The position numbers and the translations under genes are program-made. The notes below the pieces were generated by a model, which saw only the letters and a program-made list of their open reading frames with translations, searched no databases and had not been told where the DNA came from. From a virus, in IMG/VR virus record IMGVR_UViG_3300045988_129927: DNA of 64,000 nucleotides; one strand, written 5' to 3'. Below, piece by piece: positions 45,815 through 53,987 of the stretch (the first letter of the stretch is position 1; each line of letters begins with the position of its first letter).

Positions 45815-46489
45815 CTACCAACCAGTTAAACGCTCCGGCCATGGGTCATCTGTTAAATAAGTGATAGTATCAAAACGAATATCGTCAATAGCCTTTTTAG
45901 CATCTTCTTGGTCGAAGAACTCTAAACGAAATTGATTTTTATCGTTAACACCACCTAACTTCCAGACGCCATAAGCTTTATTGGTTAAGTCAGAATAGAA
46001 TTGACCAATCAAACTAGACGGAGAACGAAAACCAACAGGGATAAGATTCCAGCTAGGAGGACAGATATACGTGTGGATAATTTTACCACCTTTAGCTAAA
46101 CCAGTCCAACTCTTATCAGCCTGAGCAACAATACCAAACCAGTCAAATTGAGCGCCACCGAATTTCCATGTTACGCGCTCATTTACTCGTCTAATCCAAA
46201 CTCTATTACTACTATTTTTTCTAGTAGTAGCTTTTGTTATTTCTACCCAACCCGTATCACCATTTAAAACCTTCCAACCAGTATTACCAGTATCAGTAGT
46301 TTTAATCCACTGCGATACACCTAGCGTAATTTGATTATCAGTATAAACAGTACCCTTAGATGCTGTTACCACTCTTTCTGGAGAACCATTGCCAGCAATA
46401 GACTTTGCAGAGTTGGCTAACTCTTTATGCTTCTCCCCCAGAAATTTCATGGTATCGATAAGTAGTTCTTTTAATTTTTGATTAGCCAT
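45815..46489 (-). CDS. tail-fibre tip / receptor-binding protein candidate
   Basis: The track start 46522 is a TTG. ATG 46489 (MANQKLKELL) has AAGAAGGGA upstream. GSPERVVTASKGTVYTD...TTDTGNTGWKVL is the motif common at the start of C-terminal domains of phage fibre/minor tail proteins. The N-terminal ~30 aa are shared with 46589..47143. Confidence 0.5.
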   Translation of the reverse strand: MANQKLKELLIDTMKFLGEKHKELANSAKSIAGNGSPERVVTASKGTVYTDNQITLGVSQWIKTTDTGNTGWKVLNGDTGWVEITKATTRKNSSNRVWIRRVNERVTWKFGGAQFDWFGIVAQADKSWTGLAKGGKIIHTYICPPSWNLIPVGFRSPSSLIGQFYSDLTNKAYGVWKLGGVNDKNQFRLEFFDQEDAKKAIDDIRFDTITYLTDDPWPERLTGW

Positions 46490-46588
46490 TTGATTTATCC
46501 CTTCTTGTTTTCGAGAAAACAATCGATTTAACTATATTCAATTATATACGTCTTATCGATTGTTTTATCAAATAGACTATAGAACTAG

Positions 46589-47143
46589 TTAAGCATTACG
46601 AGTACTGTTATAAGCCTGTTTCAGTTTTTCCAAATCCAAACCGTCGATGTCCAAAGTACCTAATTTAGTTTCAATAGTTTGAATCTTTTGTTCAGCAGTT
46701 TGGAGTTTGGTTTGGTTTGCTTGAGACAATACGTCAGCAGCTTCTGCTTTAGCTTTAACAGCAGCATAATCAGCTACAGTAGTCTTGGCTTCTTCAGCTA
46801 ATCGTTTTGCTTCATCTGCTGTATCTTTAGCAGTATTAGCCAAACCTTCAGCTGTAGTTTTATTGGTACCAACAGTGCCTGTTAAATCGGTGATTTTTTG
46901 TTCAATTTCAGTAAACTTAGTCAAGATGGCTTCAGGTGTATTACCTGAAGCAGTTTTCAGTTTCTTAAATTCAGCAATCAATTCACGGAAAGTATCCAGT
47001 TCTTCATCAACTTCACCACCCATGATGGTTTGTTTCAGTTGGTCTACCTTAGCAGTAATTGCATCTGCTAAAGTTTTGTTTTCAGTACCTAAGAACTCAG
47101 CAAATTCCGTAAGCATTTTGTTCAATTCAGACTTATCAGCCAT
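46589..47143 (-). CDS. coiled-coil fibre-like protein sharing an N-terminal adaptor with 45815..46489
   Basis: LNKMLTEFAEFLGTENKTLADAI vs LKELLIDTMKFLGEKHKELANSA. Ala/Thr/Lys/Glu-rich heptads. Confidence 0.5.
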   Translation of the reverse strand: MADKSELNKMLTEFAEFLGTENKTLADAITAKVDQLKQTIMGGEVDEELDTFRELIAEFKKLKTASGNTPEAILTKFTEIEQKITDLTGTVGTNKTTAEGLANTAKDTADEAKRLAEEAKTTVADYAAVKAKAEAADVLSQANQTKLQTAEQKIQTIETKLGTLDIDGLDLEKLKQAYNSTRNA

Positions 47144-47227
47144 TTTAATAACCTCTTCAATTTAAAGTTTAAGTTTAGAAAAGGGACACAAAAGTATCCC
47201 CATTAGTGGATGTCCCAAAAGGACTTA

Positions 47228-48751
47228 TTATTGTTGTCCATTCCTACCATGACGGTAAGCATCGATTAAGTTAGCAGCACTTACTTCAGTAACGCGTGGT
47301 TTAACAGGAGCTGGACGCTCGTGTACTGTTTCAGTTTCTTCAGTTACTGCGGGAGCTACAGGAGCTACGGGTGTAGCAGGAGTAGCTGGTTTTTCATAGT
47401 GAGCTACGCCAGAAAAACCACCTAAATTACGTTTAACGACAACAGTCTCTTTTTCAGGTTTATGCTCACAACCACAGTTATCTTCATCACCATTAATTTG
47501 GAGAGTATAGTTAACAATGGCTTTAACATCACCAGAAACATAATCAGAGATTTTATCGTTAGGAGTAACAGAAAGAATCAAGCGATTGGCTTCAGAAGTC
47601 TCTAAACCAATATCTACAAATACAGAATAATCACCTAAGAATTTACGAATAATTTTCTCAGCTTTTTGTTCTGCATTAGTAACAGAAGTCTCTTTACCTA
47701 ATGTGATTTCAAACTCTACAAAGTTTTTATTAGTTTTAGAGAATACGAAACTACGCACCTTATCTTCTTTAAAGCGATAGGCTTGTTCTTCTTCTACTGG
47801 GAATAAGTTAGAATCCAGTAAAAGTTTAGACAAGTAACCACGAGCTACCATCAAGCGAATATTACCTACTACAGCAGATGTTTCATCTTCTTGTTGTTCT
47901 TTAGACAAAGTATACAAGTAAGAGTATGCGTAGTTAGCGGAAGCTTTCTTCTCAATAGATTGTTCTTCATTTGCAGGAGCACGCAGTTCTTGTTTGAAGT
48001 TAGGATTACGAACGATGTCGATGACTTCATCGTCGATTTCTTTTAAGATGGCTTTACTGCGAATCATGCCATATGCTTCACGCAAATAGCGGTCTAGAAT
48101 ACGACGTTCAGTTTCTTGAACAGTAACGGCAGGTGGAACCACCATCTCAATATAGCAGTCTTTTTTATTCATTTGTACAGTATTGACAAATGGGTTTACT
48201 ACTGCTACAATCTTAGCTTGTTTGTGACCTAAATCGACAAAGTATTGTACTTTTTGATAAGCTACACCAGTCAAACCATAGCTACGTGGAGAAGGACGTA
48301 CTTCTACTAAGTTACGACCATAACGTAAACCACCAGCTGTACCTTGTACATCAAATGACAGGTTTTCACCTAAGAATGGAAAGCCATCATTAGTCCAAAC
48401 ATTTTTAATGTATTGGTCAATACTGATGTTTTCCATTTCAGAATCACGCACGTACATGATTTTGTTTTGCCATTTATCTGGAATAGGCTTCACACGGTCG
48501 TAGAAGTGGACGTTAGAAGTCTTTTTGGTTAGCTTAGCCAATTCACCAGAGTAACTTACTTTCAAAGCAGTGTTACCTACTTTGTCTTGGTATACATCAA
48601 ACTCTGGATTAGATGAATCTTTTACTGATTCAATCGTTACATCATCCAGTAATTCTTCTGGAATACCAGCGGCTTCCAAAATACGATTGATGTTATCAAT
48701 ACCCGTAACTCGTGGGTCGTAAGGCATTAGCTTATTTGCATTGTCTACCAT
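47228..48751 (-). CDS. member 5 of the paralog family, with Pro/Ala/Thr/Val-rich C-terminal extension
   Basis: NINRILEAAGIPEELLDDVTIESV; VVVKRNLGGFSG then PATPATPVAPVAPAVTEE. Confidence 0.6.
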   Translation of the reverse strand: MVDNANKLMPYDPRVTGIDNINRILEAAGIPEELLDDVTIESVKDSSNPEFDVYQDKVGNTALKVSYSGELAKLTKKTSNVHFYDRVKPIPDKWQNKIMYVRDSEMENISIDQYIKNVWTNDGFPFLGENLSFDVQGTAGGLRYGRNLVEVRPSPRSYGLTGVAYQKVQYFVDLGHKQAKIVAVVNPFVNTVQMNKKDCYIEMVVPPAVTVQETERRILDRYLREAYGMIRSKAILKEIDDEVIDIVRNPNFKQELRAPANEEQSIEKKASANYAYSYLYTLSKEQQEDETSAVVGNIRLMVARGYLSKLLLDSNLFPVEEEQAYRFKEDKVRSFVFSKTNKNFVEFEITLGKETSVTNAEQKAEKIIRKFLGDYSVFVDIGLETSEANRLILSVTPNDKISDYVSGDVKAIVNYTLQINGDEDNCGCEHKPEKETVVVKRNLGGFSGVAHYEKPATPATPVAPVAPAVTEETETVHERPAPVKPRVTEVSAANLIDAYRHGRNGQQ

Positions 48752-48768
48752 TTTGCTTTATCCTTATA

Positions 48769-49299
48769 TTAATCTAGATTAACACAACGTGACAGGGTAG
48801 TTTGATTGTCTGTCACCCAAGTGTACTTAATGTTTTCAAACTCAAACGTGATTACATTCGCTGTAGATAGTTTCTTTAGAAAACGAATTTGTTCTTCAGT
48901 AGGGTTTGGATTATCGTTAATCACTGGTACTTTATATAAATCATCATCCATTCCTAAAGTAGAAATTGGAAATTGTTCACCATACAATGATATTCTTAAA
49001 ATAGTCATGGCTTTCAGGTCTTGTATGGTAAATTTCTTATCCTTACAAGTTAATACTAAAGCCAAACCTTTATTATCCGATAAGTAATAAGAATCTCTAT
49101 TATCAGGATAAGTTTGCGATACCCAACTTACTGTTTTACTGCGTGGCTTATGTAAAACTCTTCTCTCTCCATCAGGGTAAACCCAGGATAAAAAAAGAAA
49201 ACTAGACAAAATAAATACCACCAGTATCATGACTAATAAATCTTTTCTATGTGATTTACAATAGACACAATTATCTAATAAATCTTGTATCCATTTCAT
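48769..49299 (-). CDS. membrane-anchored hypothetical protein (N-terminal TM)
   Basis: TM LLVMILVVFILSSFLFLSWV; 176 aa. Confidence 0.6.
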   Translation of the reverse strand: MKWIQDLLDNCVYCKSHRKDLLVMILVVFILSSFLFLSWVYPDGERRVLHKPRSKTVSWVSQTYPDNRDSYYLSDNKGLALVLTCKDKKFTIQDLKAMTILRISLYGEQFPISTLGMDDDLYKVPVINDNPNPTEEQIRFLKKLSTANVITFEFENIKYTWVTDNQTTLSRCVNLD

Positions 49300-49342
49300 T
49301 TAGAATCTCCTAAATAATCTGCGTATAGTCATACTTATTACA

Positions 49343-49373
49343 CTACAGTACACCCGATTTAGGTGTACTGTAG
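49343..49373 (-). terminator. hairpin terminator after ThyA-like gene
   Basis: 12-bp stem CTACAGTACACC/GGTGTACTGTAG, 7-nt loop. Confidence 0.7.
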
Positions 49374-49385
49374 CATTAAGTTATT

Positions 49386-50414
49386 TTAACCTTCTAGTGA
49401 AAAAGAAATCGCTGGATGCGACTGATATCCCACTACTTTAAACCATTCAATATCAATATCACCACTCAATAATTTATCACGAGTGAGTTGTTGAGACAAG
49501 TATAGTTTAGGTGCTGGGAATGGAGTGCGACTTAGCTGTTCTTTAATGTTTTGGATGTGTGGTAAATAGATGTGTGCATCATGTACCATGTGGGTGTGTT
49601 CACCAGGATGACAATTAAGAACGTGTGCTAAGATAAAGTTCATACAAGCGTATTGTGCAATATTGTGTGGTTTACCAATAGCCACATCATTAGAGCGCAT
49701 GGTTAGAGAAGTCATGAGTTTATATTTAGGTAAAGGACGATTATCTACTTCACCAAATTGCTTGGCTTGGTTCTCACGATAATTGATGACTTCTTCTAAT
49801 TCGGTGTCGGATATTGGACGTAGAGAAACAAAGAATTCTCGGTGACAAGTATCGAGAGCCATGTGTCCCATCTTAACATTGGTAATAGGGTCTAGTTTCT
49901 CAAATGGGCGCATACCTAAGTTAACATTTGAGATATAGTGACGACGTGAGATAACATCGTATTGAATATCACGTGCTAAACCTACTACTAAGTCTTTTAA
50001 TTGGTCGATGGTCTTACAACTCACCATATGGTTATCTGCTTTATCAGAACCTACTTCGACATTGACATTGGTTACTGAAAGCTTGCGCCAAATTTCAGGA
50101 TACATAGGGCCGATGGTCTTAAATGGTTTCTTGTCAATTTGGATATTACGCTCAGTAGTCCATTTTGTCCAGAAGGGTACTTTGTTTTCTTCTAGATAAG
50201 TAATATCACTGGTACCCTTAATAAACCAAATCAATTCATGTAATGTTTTAGTAAAATTAATCTTACGAGTAGTGACTAGTGGGAATGAACCATCTAAAAG
50301 TGGATACTTTTCCATAACACCAATAACAGAACGCATACCTGAACCACTACGGTCTGTCAAAATAGTTTCACCATATTGTAAAATTTCACGAATGGTATTC
50401 AAATGTTGTTGCAT
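49386..50414 (-). CDS. thyA: thymidylate synthase family enzyme (ThyA-like, dUMP-type active site, three insertions)
   Basis: TDRSGSG, HELIWF, FWTKW, GPMY, SRRHY, DTCH (catalytic Cys), MRSNDV, GKPHNIAQY (Asn as in dUMP-specific enzymes), and DAHIY are all colinear with E. coli ThyA. It is 342 aa versus 264 aa. Confidence 0.8.
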   Translation of the reverse strand: MQQHLNTIREILQYGETILTDRSGSGMRSVIGVMEKYPLLDGSFPLVTTRKINFTKTLHELIWFIKGTSDITYLEENKVPFWTKWTTERNIQIDKKPFKTIGPMYPEIWRKLSVTNVNVEVGSDKADNHMVSCKTIDQLKDLVVGLARDIQYDVISRRHYISNVNLGMRPFEKLDPITNVKMGHMALDTCHREFFVSLRPISDTELEEVINYRENQAKQFGEVDNRPLPKYKLMTSLTMRSNDVAIGKPHNIAQYACMNFILAHVLNCHPGEHTHMVHDAHIYLPHIQNIKEQLSRTPFPAPKLYLSQQLTRDKLLSGDIDIEWFKVVGYQSHPAISFSLEG

Positions 50415-50453
50415 GTGGATTCCTTTAGGTAAAAAAAGAAATAAAGAATTTAG

Positions 50454-50497
50454 AAAATACTACCCTATCCATATATTCACGGATAGAGTAGTATTTT
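50454..50497 (-). terminator. hairpin terminator after lipoprotein gene
   Basis: About 16-bp stem AAATACTACCCTATCC/GGATAGAGTAGTATTT with one mismatch, 10-nt loop. Confidence 0.65.
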
Positions 50498-50500
50498 ATT

Positions 50501-51442
50501 TTAGAAGAAGTTACATGGGTGCTTATTGAAAATTTTACCTTCACCGGCGGTCAGTTTAGGAATACTAGAAATCAAGATAGGTTTAGTCGTATTGACCTTA
50601 CCATTGATTTCAGGTACTTCAGTTGCTTGACCAGTAAGTACCGCATTTTCAGCTTCACTAAAGCGACCCAAGTACATATTGTCATACTGACCATTGTACC
50701 AACGGCTGATGAAGTTACTATTTGACATATCGGAAGAGTGAGTAAACTTGTTTTTGTTTCGCAAAACCAAGCTGTCAAAATCACGATAGTTCACATCAAT
50801 GGTATTTTTATTGAGGTCTGCACTAGAGACAATCTCCAAAGTACCATTAGGCATATTACCACTACGGGCAGGACTACCATCAGGACCCATAGAAATGTAA
50901 CGATAGCGACCTACTGGGTGTTGGAATGACTCTACACCCGCACTAGAGAACTCACCACCGTTTGCCATTGCGAAGAGCACAAATGAATTGGTATTAGGTT
51001 TAGCACAAGTGAAGACCATGGTTACATGATTGCCGTCGATGTCACCCATGTAACGATAGACTGGACCACCAGCTTCTACTACCTTACGAATTTCAAAGTT
51101 AGTAGTACCTTCTTTAAACAAAGTCCAACCATTACCAAAGTGGATGGTTGCACCGTTATCTTCAGTAGTCAAGCCACTACCATCATCCATGGCTTGTTCT
51201 TCAGGTGTGAGTTCAGTATCATCAACATTACCTGATGGGTCATTGGCGACTTCACCAGGTGTACCTTCTTTATCAGACAAAGCACGCAGTACGATAGCCT
51301 GCGCGTCTTTGTCCAAATTCTTAAAGTCATCAGAAGAGATAGTTTCTTTGATAACTTCGTCATTTGATTTAGTCTTTGCTTCTTCTTTAGAGCAAGCAGT
51401 TAAAGCAGCCAAGACAGCGATAGAGAGAATCAGTTTATTCAT
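50501..51442 (-). CDS. lipoprotein, function unknown
   Basis: MNKLILSIAVLAALTAC has a canonical lipobox LTAC. 313 aa. Confidence 0.7.
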   Translation of the reverse strand: MNKLILSIAVLAALTACSKEEAKTKSNDEVIKETISSDDFKNLDKDAQAIVLRALSDKEGTPGEVANDPSGNVDDTELTPEEQAMDDGSGLTTEDNGATIHFGNGWTLFKEGTTNFEIRKVVEAGGPVYRYMGDIDGNHVTMVFTCAKPNTNSFVLFAMANGGEFSSAGVESFQHPVGRYRYISMGPDGSPARSGNMPNGTLEIVSSADLNKNTIDVNYRDFDSLVLRNKNKFTHSSDMSNSNFISRWYNGQYDNMYLGRFSEAENAVLTGQATEVPEINGKVNTTKPILISSIPKLTAGEGKIFNKHPCNFF

Positions 51443-51478
51443 TTTGAATTTCCTTTATATAAGTAGATTAAGATTTAA

Positions 51479-51510
51479 ATAGTGAAAGGAGAAATCATCC
51501 TTTTCACTAT
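51479..51510 (-). terminator. hairpin after 51540..51791 (terminator or 5'-terminal stem); near-copy of 34968..34999
   Basis: Stem ATAGTGAAAGGA/TCCTTTTCACTAT with one bulge. It abuts the promoter-like motif. Confidence 0.5.
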
Positions 51511-51528
51511 AGTAGTATAGGTTTAAAA
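51510..51528 (-). promoter_or_regulatory. promoter-like motif instance (upstream of lipoprotein gene 50501..51442)
   Basis: Plus strand reads TAGTAGTATAGGTTTAAAA and abuts hairpin 51479..51510. Confidence 0.45.
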
Positions 51529-51539
51529 TAATTTAAAAT

Positions 51540-51791
51540 TTAATTATAATCTTCAACATAGCCTTCGTCAATGAGACTATCGTGAAAATCCTCTAATGCA
51601 AAGTTGTTATCAAAAGCTTTTTTCATACTGGTGGTACGAGGACTTTGCATTAATGTTTCAATGCCTAGAATTACACTACCAATGTCACCAGAAGCAATTA
51701 AATCTTTAGCTGCTTCAAAACTAGTTTTATCTAGGTAGTTTAATTCGATAAACAACTTACGTCGTTTATTTTTATTTTTTGGAATAATCAT
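51540..51791 (-). CDS. small hypothetical protein
   Basis: 83 aa; no motif recognised. Confidence 0.55.
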   Translation of the reverse strand: MIIPKNKNKRRKLFIELNYLDKTSFEAAKDLIASGDIGSVILGIETLMQSPRTTSMKKAFDNNFALEDFHDSLIDEGYVEDYN

Positions 51792-51858
51792 TTTGAGTAT
51801 CCTTTTAAGCTACAATGTATTCAATAGAATAGAAATAACGCTTATTGTTTAACATAAA

Positions 51859-52140
51859 CTATACCTCCATTGAGCTATTGGTACAGAAGTCTACATGACG
51901 TGATTTAGTCAAAATTAGATTAGCGTGTTTTAATTGAGAAATCAATTCATTGTTTTCTTCAATAAAGTCACGCAATCGTTGTTTGAATGGTTCTTTGTAA
52001 ATTAACATTTTCTTACGAATAAATGTGTTTACTTCAGATTCAATTTGTAAACGAACAGAGAATTCTTCTTGACATTTAGAGAAGAACTCATCTACCTTTT
52101 GTTTAAATTGAATTAATTCATTTTCATTCATCTTTTGCAC
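51859..52140 (-). CDS. small hypothetical protein
   Basis: The track start 52140 is a GTG with AAGG 6 nt upstream. An alternative ATG lies at 52131. It overlaps the end of 52124..52420. Confidence 0.5.
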   Translation of the reverse strand: MQKMNENELIQFKQKVDEFFSKCQEEFSVRLQIESEVNTFIRKKMLIYKEPFKQRLRDFIEENNELISQLKHANLILTKSRHVDFCTNSSMEV

Positions 52141-52420
52141 CCATTACCTTAATTAGTTCAGAACTAGAAATAACACCAACAGATACATCATTCCATACCA
52201 ATATATCGCCATATCTTGCTGTAATGGTTTCATTACCATACCGTGGTTTAATGGTTAATGTGTTAGTATGTGGATATGTTTCTACATGGTGTTTGAACTC
52301 TTCAGCATTTGATAACTGATAAACATATTCAGATAAGTCAAAATCACAAATCGTCAAGATATATGTCGTTAAATCTGTTTTGATAATCTTAAACTTTGCT
52401 TTATCCATTTCGTTAGCCAT
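52124..52420 (-). CDS. small hypothetical protein
   Basis: 98 aa; ATAAAGGAATCCAAA before the ATG. Confidence 0.6.
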   Translation of the reverse strand: MANEMDKAKFKIIKTDLTTYILTICDFDLSEYVYQLSNAEEFKHHVETYPHTNTLTIKPRYGNETITARYGDILVWNDVSVGVISSSELIKVMGAKDE

Positions 52421-52431
52421 TTTGGATTCCT

Positions 52432-53061
52432 TTATGTTTTAATACGGTAGAACTGATGATGTCCTACACGCACACTTTTTATAGCACGTGGTGCTGGTCG
52501 TACACCGTTTGAGCTAAAGAAGATACTACCACCTGTGTTGTCTACACGACGACCTGATACATGTTTCTGATAGATGTCACGTGCAATAGCACGAGCTTCT
52601 TCAGTAGGTGCTGTTCGAGAACGCAGTTTGTGGTTATGGTACCATTGAAATTGTCCGCGTTGTGTAACGACTTTACGGACGGTATTAGGAAAGCTTTTGT
52701 GTTTTACTCGATTGAGAATCACATTAGCCACTGCGTATTTACCACTACGAGGCTCACCACGTGCTTCATTGTGGATAGCCAAAGCCAACATATCGACTTC
52801 ACTGTTAGGAGATACATTAACTTCTTCTTTAACTACCTTTTGGTGGGTATTCTTTACATGCTTTTTAAGGTGGTGCTTCACCACTACGTGACGCACGTGT
52901 TTCTTAATACGAGGGTGTTTCTTCACTTTGTGTTTCTTGTGAAGTTTCACTACCTTGTGGGGTTTGTGTTTAGACTTCTTTACTTTGTGTGGTTTAGCTT
53001 CAGCTGAATAGGCCGTAGCTGCTAAACCTACTGCTACTAATGCTCCAATAAATTTCTTCAT
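52432..53061 (-). CDS. secreted SleB-type cell-wall hydrolase (Hydrolase_2 family) with polycationic His/Lys linker; endolysin candidate
   Basis: Signal peptide MKKFIGALVAVGLAATAYSA/EA. MLALAIHNEARGEPRSGKYAVANVILNRVKHKSFPNTVRKVVTQRGQFQWY matches the SleB/Hydrolase_2 core. Confidence 0.8.
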   Translation of the reverse strand: MKKFIGALVAVGLAATAYSAEAKPHKVKKSKHKPHKVVKLHKKHKVKKHPRIKKHVRHVVVKHHLKKHVKNTHQKVVKEEVNVSPNSEVDMLALAIHNEARGEPRSGKYAVANVILNRVKHKSFPNTVRKVVTQRGQFQWYHNHKLRSRTAPTEEARAIARDIYQKHVSGRRVDNTGGSIFFSSNGVRPAPRAIKSVRVGHHQFYRIKT

Positions 53062-53073
53062 TTGATACTCCTA

Positions 53074-53574
53074 TTACTTAATGGTTTTATACAAATCTTC
53101 TACCACATCAATGTGGTCAGAAATTTTCTTAGAAATACGATGGCAAGCATCTTCCATCTTATCTAAGATATCTTCTGCTTTATAACATTCGTTATAAGTA
53201 GAAATGATATATTCATCTTGAGCAAACTTCAAAATAGAATAATGCTCATGGTCACTGAATCCTGCACTGTCGTACAGTTCAAATTCAATAGTGCCAGTGT
53301 GAGCATCTTTAATATAGACTTTAATGTCTATTTTAAGTATGCGATCATTAAATATTTTCCCATCTGTACCATACACTGGTTCAGCTACTTTGAATTTGAC
53401 TTGTTTACAACGAGGTTCTTCTTCATTTAACCAGTATTGGATATTCTTGATGATGTCTTTGTGAATATCCTTTGGAGTATGGTAAGCATTATTAAAATAC
53501 TCACCAAATTCTTTAGGTTGGTTTTGGTTTTTATTAACCAGATTGATGATTTGATTTTTGATGTATTTAAACAT
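53074..53574 (-). CDS. hypothetical protein
   Basis: 166 aa. Promoter-like motif, 5' hairpin and TTTATATAAAGGAAAC upstream. Confidence 0.65.
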   Translation of the reverse strand: MFKYIKNQIINLVNKNQNQPKEFGEYFNNAYHTPKDIHKDIIKNIQYWLNEEEPRCKQVKFKVAEPVYGTDGKIFNDRILKIDIKVYIKDAHTGTIEFELYDSAGFSDHEHYSILKFAQDEYIISTYNECYKAEDILDKMEDACHRISKKISDHIDVVEDLYKTIK

Positions 53575-53633
53575 GATAAGTTTCCTTTATATAAAGTGAG
53601 AAAATAGACGATTAATATTAATCGTTTTCAATA

Positions 53634-53652
53634 TAATAATATAGATTTGAAT
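53634..53652 (-). promoter_or_regulatory. promoter-like motif instance (upstream of 53074..53574)
   Basis: Plus strand reads TAATAATATAGATTTGAAT. It overlaps the left arm of palindrome 53647..53671. The perfect palindromic hairpin ACGATTAATATTAATCGT (53608..53625) lies in the leader. Confidence 0.45.
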
Positions 53653-53709
53653 TAATATTAAATTAATTCAAGCGACTTAGGTCTTAGGTGTTTTACACAC
53701 CGTAAGTTA
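53647..53709. repeat. copy B of a palindrome-plus-hairpin intergenic element
   Basis: TTGAATTAAT-ATTAA-ATTAATTCAA, then GCGACTTAGG, GGTGT-TTTAC-ACACC, GTAAGTTA. Confidence 0.55.
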
Positions 53710-53750
53710 TTTAAATTAATTTAGATAACTTCTTTGTTATGAAAGGAAAA

Positions 53751-53785
53751 AAAGAAAGACAATGCTTGCTACACTGTCTTTCTTT
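53751..53785 (-). terminator. intrinsic terminator of the micro-ORF locus
   Basis: 11-bp stem AAAGAAAGACA/TGTCTTTCTTT, 13-nt loop. On the minus strand it runs into TTTTTTTCCTTTC. Confidence 0.65.
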
Positions 53786-53815
53786 GCATTTGTGATAACA
53801 ATCATTATTTTTGGC

Positions 53816-53917
53816 TTAGTAATGATTGTTGTTAGCCCAAGAATCTAATGTTTGGTTTTCAGCTGCTAGTGCTGCTTCCAGCCATTCATTTTCTTCTTGG
53901 GTTATTTCACCAAGCAT
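53816..53917 (-). CDS. candidate 33-aa acidic micro-protein (MLGEITQEENEWLEAALAAENQTLDSWANNNHY)
   Basis: Below the ORF-track cutoff. The ATG lies 4 nt after the stop of a 12-codon leader ORF that carries the strongest SD in the window. A hairpin plus T-run terminator follows at 53751..53785. Confidence 0.3.
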   Translation of the reverse strand: MLGEITQEENEWLEAALAAENQTLDSWANNNHY

Positions 53918-53921
53918 CTTC

Positions 53922-53960
53922 TTAATTTGAAGTACTTGAATCTGATAACTAGATCCCACA
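53922..53960 (-). CDS. candidate 12-codon leader ORF (MWDLVISSSTSN)
   Basis: AAAGGAGGTGAACC immediately precedes the ATG at 53960. The stop is followed by GAAG then the ATG of the next micro-ORF. Confidence 0.25.
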
Positions 53961-53987
53961 TGGTTCACCTCCTTTCCGCGACAATAT

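Noticed and set aside
53074-53574. Possible 2H-phosphoesterase (Acb1-like) HxT motifs in the 166-aa protein (YHTPKD, AHTGTI).
   Set aside because: The spacing is H-T-x, not H-x-T/S-x with hydrophobic flanks, so the motif does not fit.
53962-53976. Plus-strand GTTCACCTCCTTTCC looks like the 3' end of 16S rRNA (anti-SD).
   Set aside because: It is simply the complement of the strong minus-strand Shine-Dalgarno AAAGGAGGTGAAC. There is no rRNA context around it.
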